Shown here piece after piece: positions 57,464 through 64,000 of a stretch of 64,000 bases of DNA; position 1 is the first letter of the stretch; every line of letters starts with the position of its first letter. The DNA is from Gammaproteobacteria bacterium (GTDB taxonomy: Bacteria > Pseudomonadota > Gammaproteobacteria > Eutrophobiales > Eutrophobiaceae): assembly GCA_965222155.1 (NCBI GenBank), contig CBDCTH010000012.1:3328001-3392000 (forward strand). The letters are read 5' to 3'. The notes below the pieces were generated by a model. The model did not search any database. It was not told where the DNA came from and was given only the letters and a program-made list of their open reading frames with translations. A program made the translations under genes and the position numbers.

Positions 57464-58553
57464 AGAGGTCTCCTGCCTTGTCTTCAGGCGGGTCATTCTT
57501 GATATCAATGGGGATGGCCGCTGCGAAAGCGCGTCTCAGATCGGCGATGAATTGATTGATATGCGCCTCAGTCGTATCCCAGGAGCACATCAGGCGTGCA
57601 CCGCTGTCACCCGTGACTATGTGATAGATCCAACCATATTCCTGCATGAACCGGTGGATGGCTACGGGCAAGCTCACAAACACGGCATTGCTTTCCACCG
57701 GCGCCAGCAATTCGGCGTCAGCAAACTGTTCCAGTCCGGCGGCCAGCAAGGCTGCGCACCGGTTTGCATGTCTTGCGTGTTTCAGCCAGGCATTATCTTC
57801 AAGCAGGCCCACCCAGAGCGCGCTGAGAAAGCGCATCTTTGAGGCCACGTGACCGGCCTGTTTACAGCGGTGTCCGAATTCGACAGCCAGGGACTTATCG
57901 AAGAAAACAATGGCTTCACCAACCGGCAAGGCCAGTTTTGTCGCACCGAACGAAAGCACGTCCACTCCGGCCTGCCAGGTGATCTCTTTTGCCGTTACCC
58001 CCAACGCAGCGACGCCATTGGCGAACCTTGCGCCATCCATATGGAAGTGGAGATCGTTGTCATGCACCACCTTTCCGATTGCCTGTATTTCATCCACAGT
58101 ATAAACCGTACCCATTTCCGTCGATTGGGTTATGGACACGGCTTTATGTAACTGGTAATGAAAATCGAAGGGTTGTTGCAATACCTGGTCAATATCCCGG
58201 GGATGGATTTTGCCGGCATTGCCATCCAGTAATTCCAAGCCGGCGCCCCCGGAAAAAAATGCCGGGCCGCCACACTCAGCGGTGGCGATGTGGGAATGTC
58301 TGTGGCAGATAATCTTGTGTTGCGGCCGGCAGATGCCGGCCAGGGCCAGTGAGTTGGCCGCGGTTCCGGTGAAGACGAAATACACGTCGCAGTCCGTCTC
58401 GAACAGTTCACGGATGAGATCGGAGGCTTTTGCAGTCCATTCATCCTCGCCGTATGCGGCGGCAAACCCCTGGTTAGCATTGGCCAGTGCGGCCCAGGCC
58501 TCAGGGATTATTCCGGCCGTGTTATCACTGGCAAAGTGGTATTTCAGTTGCAT
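57456..58553 (-). CDS. ltaE: Low-specificity L-threonine aldolase family protein
   Basis: FASDN, GTAAN, HMDGARFAN and SFGATK motifs. Confidence 0.85.
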   Translation of the reverse strand: MQLKYHFASDNTAGIIPEAWAALANANQGFAAAYGEDEWTAKASDLIRELFETDCDVYFVFTGTAANSLALAGICRPQHKIICHRHSHIATAECGGPAFFSGGAGLELLDGNAGKIHPRDIDQVLQQPFDFHYQLHKAVSITQSTEMGTVYTVDEIQAIGKVVHDNDLHFHMDGARFANGVAALGVTAKEITWQAGVDVLSFGATKLALPVGEAIVFFDKSLAVEFGHRCKQAGHVASKMRFLSALWVGLLEDNAWLKHARHANRCAALLAAGLEQFADAELLAPVESNAVFVSLPVAIHRFMQEYGWIYHIVTGDSGARLMCSWDTTEAHINQFIADLRRAFAAAIPIDIKNDPPEDKAGDLYE

Positions 58554-59617
58554 GGGTAGTGGGTTTTAATCGATTTATCATAGGGACTACGCAAAATACC
58601 CCGCTCCGTGATGATGCCTGTGAGCAGGTCATTCGGCGTGATATCGAAAGCGGGGTTGCCGGCTTTCACGTTATCAGGCGCGGTCTGCCGGCCACACCAG
58701 TGAGTCACCTCGTCCGGGGACCGTTCCTCAATCGGGATGTCCTTGCCGCTTGCTGCATCCAGGTCAATAGTCGAATAGGGGAGGGCCACATAGAACGGGA
58801 TGTTGAAGTGCCGCGCCAGGACAGCCAGACCCAATGTGCCAATCTTGTTGGCGGCGTCACCGTTCGCGGCAACCCGGTCGGCGCCGGTGATAACCAGGTC
58901 GATCTTGCCCTGGGCCATCATGGTGGCGGCCATGTTGTCACAGATCAGGGTTACGTCAATACCGGCTTGCAGCAGTTCCCAGGTAGTCAAGCGCGCCCCT
59001 TGCAGCAAGGGCCGGGTCTCGTCCACAAATACCCGGAATTCAATACCTTCCCGGTGGGCCAGGTACATGGGAGCGGTAGCCGTTCCCAGTTCGGAAGTGG
59101 CCAGCAGTCCGGCATTGCAGTGGGTCAGGATGCCCATGTCTTGCTTGATCAACGGCTTGCCGGCCTCGCCGATATTCCGGCACAGACGCCGGTCTTCGTC
59201 ATGGATGCGGATTGCCTCTGTAAGCAGTTCTGCATGTATCTGCCTTGGACTTGCGTCGGACAGTTCCAGACCGTGTCTTAGCAGCCGCCGCAATGCCCAG
59301 CGGAGGTTGACCCCGGTAGGTCGGGCGGCTTCCAGGCAGCCCGCCTGTTTGTGCATTTCTGTGACAAAAGAATCCCGATCCAGGTGCAGCTTGTCGCGCA
59401 GGGCAATCACCAGACCATAGGCCCCGGCGATGCCGATGGCCGGGGCGCCGCGCACCTTGAGTTGCTGAATGGAAGCCCGGACCTGGGCGGCAGAATCCTG
59501 CCGTTCTTCAACGACCTCTCCGGGCAGCCGGGTCTGGTCAAGCAGGTATAATTCTCCATCCTGCCAGCGGATAGCTTGGGGGAACTTTCCCGAATGCTTA
59601 TCCCGGGTTTCTGTCAT
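58544..59617 (-). CDS. mtnA: S-methyl-5-thioribose-1-phosphate isomerase
   Basis: VRGAPAIG, THCNAG, ETRPLLQGARLT, NKIGT and NPAFD motifs. Confidence 0.93.
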   Translation of the reverse strand: MTETRDKHSGKFPQAIRWQDGELYLLDQTRLPGEVVEERQDSAAQVRASIQQLKVRGAPAIGIAGAYGLVIALRDKLHLDRDSFVTEMHKQAGCLEAARPTGVNLRWALRRLLRHGLELSDASPRQIHAELLTEAIRIHDEDRRLCRNIGEAGKPLIKQDMGILTHCNAGLLATSELGTATAPMYLAHREGIEFRVFVDETRPLLQGARLTTWELLQAGIDVTLICDNMAATMMAQGKIDLVITGADRVAANGDAANKIGTLGLAVLARHFNIPFYVALPYSTIDLDAASGKDIPIEERSPDEVTHWCGRQTAPDNVKAGNPAFDITPNDLLTGIITERGILRSPYDKSIKTHYPCN

Positions 59618-59852
59618 GGAATTTCAGTGTTTTTATTTTCAACGTGCCATCAATCTGTGTCAGTTGATGTGATCTATCCTGTCATGCAGGTATTATAACC
59701 GAGCAAGAGCACGTCTGATGCAGTAATTCCCCCGTGAACGGGTATGGAGGGCATGATAGTATCAAAGCCTGCTCCAGACTTGCCTTATGGAATAAGTTAT
59801 CCAGTATATCGTTCAGTTAAAGTCAGCGAGCTGAACCAGAGAGGAAATTACA

Positions 59853-60310
59853 ATGTCGAGTTGCTATGATGTTTTTGCAGAATGTGCTCGCGCTATTCGA
59901 GATGGTGAACTTATACAGGCCGTAAGTACGACCGATAAGGAATACCACTTTCAAAACTGGTTTCAAGCAAGGCTTGGATATCTTAACTTGGATTATGATG
60001 AACCAGGACGAAATACCTACCCTAAATGTACGTGGTTCCAACTCCTTTTGCGCTGACAACAGGGACTACAGGTGTTTATACTTTAATTGTGCCGGGTGAT
60101 TTTGTTACTGACCCAAGGTTTGAAAGAGTTGGTGATTTGGTACGAACTGAGGCTGAAAAGCTGGTTGTAGGCTATAGTTTTGATTTACACACCAATGAGT
60201 TGAAGTCCAAGACAGTTCCCAACTCGTCCGCAGGAAAAAAACATTGTTTCGCAGCATACAGGCTTAAAGATCAAGGGGGGAAACCTGTGGCTATGGCGGC
60301 TTATACATAA
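59853..60310 (+). pseudogene. Probable restriction endonuclease remnant with internal deletion
   Basis: Two short out-of-frame pieces joined at GRNTYP directly upstream of a DNA methyltransferase. Confidence 0.5.
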
Positions 60311-60325
60311 GGATGCACCATAACT

Positions 60326-62526
60326 GTGACAAGTTCAGTTGCAGCGGTTACTGATAATAAGAAATCTTTGGATCACACTTTTTCAGAGCATACCCCTGGG
60401 CCAAGCCCAGGGCAGGCCCTGGAAACATCGTTGGCCCAGGGAAAGGCTTTAGATAACGCCAAAGCTATTGAAATCGCGTTCCCTGTTGAAGAGATAAGCC
60501 GACTTGCAGAGCGTGAAAGCTACCGAAAAGAAATTTTCAGGCCGATCTATCATATCCATAAATGGTGGGCTAATCGGTTGGGTTCGGTTTTCCGTGGAGT
60601 CGTTTTAGGCGCCATTTCAGAAAGCAATTTTGATATATGGAAAGAATTTTATAAAAAACATAACTTGCAGAATAAGATTGTCCTGGATCCATTTATGGGG
60701 AGTGGCACAACTCTCGGCGAAACGGCAAAACTGGGCGCCAAACCCGTTGGTTGTGATATTAATCCCATAAGTACATTTGCCGTCACGCAGGCGCTGACTA
60801 CCGTTGATATTGATGAGCTGACGCGCACTTTTCATAAGTTGGAAAGAGAAGTAAAGCCGGAAATCGAACGTTATTACACAACCCTTGACCGGGAAACAAA
60901 TCATCCCATTCCCGTACTTTATTATTTTTGGGTGAAACTGGTTGAAGCGCCTGGTGGGGAAACCCTGCCGCTTTTTAATTCGTATGTATTCAGCAGGAAC
61001 GCTTATCCGAAACAAAAGCCGACCGCGCAAATAGTTTGTCCTTCATGCTGGTCTTTGAATGTGGGACGATATGATGCCACCTGTCTGGTGTGCCATCAAT
61101 GTCACCACGAGTTCAATCCACAAAATGGTCCTGCAAATGACCAATATATTACTGACAGTATGGGTAACAAGTTTAAGATTAAGAAACTGTTGCCGAAAGA
61201 TGGTCGACCGTTACAGCACAGGCTTTATGCAATAATGGCATTAAGGAAAAATGGTGAAAAAGTCTATCTGTCGCCAAATACTTATGACCACGACCTGGTG
61301 GAAGAAGCCAGGCAACGACTCGAAGAAGAAAATTTACCGCTGCCGAAAATGCCGGTACGGTCTGGTCATAATACCAATCAGGCACGAAGTTATAATTATT
61401 TGTACTGGAGAGATTTTTTTAACTCCAGGCAGCTACTATGTCTTGGTTTATTACTGCAAAAAATTCAGCAGATAAATAATGAAGTGATTAAAAATCAATT
61501 CCTTTGCTTATTTTCCAGCACCTTGGAATTTAATAATTTGTTTTGCAGTTTTAAAGGTGAAGGAACAGGTGCGGTGCGACATATGTTTTCGCATCATATT
61601 CTCAAACCTGAGCGAACTCCTCTGGAGAATAATGTTTGGGGAACTTCAAAAAGCAGCGGCGCATTTGCTTCTTTATTCAAATCCCGCCTGTTGAAAGCGA
61701 AAACCTACTTGCAAACACCTTCTGAAATTTATTTCCCCGAAGATATGTTTGGAAATATGGAGACGAAGTCACAATACCTCATAGCAAGTGACCCTGTTAA
61801 GCTGAAAATAACGGACTTATGGGAGGAATTCAGCAACCATCCTCATCAGGCAATGGTACTGAACGGAGATAGTGCTGAACTGCCAATTCCTGACAACAGT
61901 GTAGATGCCGTTGTTACTGATCCGCCCTACTTTGACTTCGTTCATTACAGTGAATTGAGTGATTTCTTCTTTGCTTGGCTTGCGCCGGTTTTATCAGAGC
62001 GTTACCCGTTTTTTAATCGAGCCAGCAGCTATCATGCAAGAGAAGTACAAAATAAAGACCCCGACGACTTTGCCACGAATCTGAGCCGCGTCTTCTGCGA
62101 GTGTTACCGTGTCCTCAAAGAGGACGGTATTTTATCGTTCAGTTTCCATCATTCCAGACCGGAAGGTTGGTCAGCGATATACAAGGCGTTACGCAACGCG
62201 CGTTTTCGGTGGTAAATTCTTATCCGGTCCATGCGGAAATGAAGGTTGCAAGCCCCAAAACGAGTGCCAAGGAACCTATTACCCTCGATATGATTTTAGT
62301 TTGTAAAAAACAGGAGAATGCTGTTTTCAGGATGTCTGAAGATAGCATGGAAAAAACATTGTTCAAGCAAATTAAACAGATGGAAAGTGGGGATGGTAAA
62401 TTCTCAAAATCAGATCGATTCAATATTCGGGCATCACTGCTTTTGGTTACTGCGTCAAGGTCCTCGATATCCAGCGAAGACCTTGAAAGGCTTATCAGAG
62501 AGAAAGAAGGACAGGAGGGTCGCTGA
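60326..62526 (+). CDS. Amino-DNA methyltransferase (DUF1156-like), frameshift near 62205
   Basis: HKWWA.R, DPFMGSGTT and TDPPY motifs; C-terminus lies in ORF 62101-62526. Confidence 0.85.
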
Positions 62527-62716
62527 TCCCGGAACGAGGGCAGCTTGCCCTCGTCGAGGGCGGGACGCCCTCGCTCCCAGGAAAATGTACAGGGTTATTG
62601 AGAAGTTACGCTTTTCTTGCAGGAGATTTCGTTTTCCGCCTTCCCCATGGTCTCCTCATCCCAGTGTTTAATGAATGCAAGATAAAAAATACATGACTGA
62701 TACTTCTTTTTATCTT

Positions 62717-63493
62717 TCATTTCCCGGTGAATCTGGCCTCTCTTTTCTCCAGAAATGCCGCAATGCCTTCTCTACAGTCGGCACTGTCGAAACACAAGTG
62801 CTGTAACGCGGCTTCCGCGCTGATAGCGTCTGCATAGCTGAGGGTCAGGGACTGACGCATCATATTTTTGGTTCGCGCCAGCGCCAGCGGTGCTTTACCG
62901 GCAAGCCTGGTTGCCCACTCCCGAGTCGTAGCCAGGAGGGCGTCATCCGCCACGACTTTGTTGACCAGCCCCAGTTCCCTGCAACGTGCGGCAGATAAGC
63001 GGTCATTATCAATAGCCATTTGATAAGCGTTCATATATCCCATGGCGCGGACCAGCAACCAGGTGCTACCGCCGTCCGGGATCAGGCCGATACTGCTGAA
63101 CGGTGAAAGCAGAAAGGCGTTTTCTCCTATTACTGATAAGTCACAGGCCAGGGCGTATGATAGGCCGATGCCGGCCGCAAAACCATTGATAGCGCTGATG
63201 ACGGGTTTTTCCATCTCCGTGATGTTGATCAGACTGGGCCTGTATTCTTCATTCAGTATCTGCTCAACCTCTGCACCGGTTTTGAACCCGGCCTTCAAAT
63301 CCGCCCCGGCACTGAAGCAGCGCCCGGCGCCGGTGAGTATGACGGCGCGGATCGTCTTATCGTTGCGAGCCTTTGCGGTCGCATCAACAAGATCCGACTG
63401 CATTTCCTTATCGAATGAATTGAGCGATTCAGGTCGATTAAGCGTTATAACCGCAACGGCGCCCTCGGTCTCATATAAAACGGTGTTTGTCAT
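62717..63493 (-). CDS. Enoyl-CoA hydratase/isomerase family protein
   Basis: LNRPE, FSAGADL, NGFAAG and GLIPDGG motifs. Confidence 0.92.
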   Translation of the reverse strand: MTNTVLYETEGAVAVITLNRPESLNSFDKEMQSDLVDATAKARNDKTIRAVILTGAGRCFSAGADLKAGFKTGAEVEQILNEEYRPSLINITEMEKPVISAINGFAAGIGLSYALACDLSVIGENAFLLSPFSSIGLIPDGGSTWLLVRAMGYMNAYQMAIDNDRLSAARCRELGLVNKVVADDALLATTREWATRLAGKAPLALARTKNMMRQSLTLSYADAISAEAALQHLCFDSADCREGIAAFLEKREARFTGK

Positions 63494-63563
63494 GTTAAAA
63501 TCCCCGATTCTAAGCGTTATTATTATTCACGAATTTGACAATGAGTCCATAGCATAAGGCAAT

Positions 63564-64000
63564 ATGGCCGTAGACGAACACAAAATATCGAAAAAAACGC
63601 ACCCATCAATCGATCCTGACCCGTTATTACTGACGCCTGGGCCGTTAACGACCTCCACCACTGTGAAAGAGGCGATGTTGCATGATTATGGGTCACGGGA
63701 TGTATATTTTATTGAATTGAGCCGGCGGGTTTGTCTGGAACTGCTGTCTTTATGTGATGCCCGGAAAACTCACCTGTGCATCCCTTTGCAGGGCAGTGGT
63801 TCTTTTGCGGTGGAAGCCATGATTGCGAATCAATTGCCCAGGGAAGGAAAACTGCTCAATCTGGTTAACGGCGCTTACGGCCATCGAATTACCGAGATCT
63901 GCCACTACCTGGGGAGGCAGGTTAACGTCGTTCAAACAGAGGAAGACCGGCCTGCGGACGTAGCCGGTCTGGACGAGGCATTAATTAACGATGCTGGGAT
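63564..64000 (+). CDS. phnW: 2-aminoethylphosphonate-pyruvate transaminase (partial, runs off the window)
   Basis: Hand translation LLLTPGPLTTS..VKEAML.D.GSRD..PLQGSGSFAVEA..NGAYG. Confidence 0.85.
   Translation, partial: MAVDEHKISKKTHPSIDPDPLLLTPGPLTTSTTVKEAMLHDYGSRDVYFIELSRRVCLELLSLCDARKTHLCIPLQGSGSFAVEAMIANQLPREGKLLNLVNGAYGHRITEICHYLGRQVNVVQTEEDRPADVAGLDEALINDAG

Noticed and set aside
1-64000. tRNA or rRNA genes
   Set aside because: None recognised by eye; a covariance-model scan was not possible

Overview
Bacterial 64-kb window, probably from a gammaproteobacterium. The FN3/Ig autotransporter, the REP/MITE load and the decayed defence genes suggest a host-associated lifestyle (inference). 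The backbone is catabolic: Tat flavoproteins, cupins, a peptidase/ADH/PEP-utiliser/TetR cluster, CocE, amidohydrolases, an acyl-CoA ligase, a xanthine-dehydrogenase-family Mo enzyme, mtnA and phnW. Defence and mobile DNA are interleaved with it. The main finding is a type I-G CRISPR-Cas locus (csb1/cas7, csb2, cas3, cas8g, cas4-cas1, cas2, 3-repeat array) bracketed by IS1380-derived elements. Its Csb2 (Cas5-Cas6) subunit carries a complete in-frame phosphoribosyltransferase (PRTase) domain of about 240 aa, while cas3 is split by a frameshift. Other points of interest are a collapsed type II-B Cas9-cas1 relic, an adhesin fused in frame to an IS1595 transposase N-terminus, nested REP/MITE elements that also invaded an IS5 transposase, a TA module flanked by a duplicated gene 3' end, a TTATCA-N2-TGATAA palindrome at four upstream regions, and several disarmed toxin or nuclease genes. 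All family calls come from motif recognition by eye; no searches were run.
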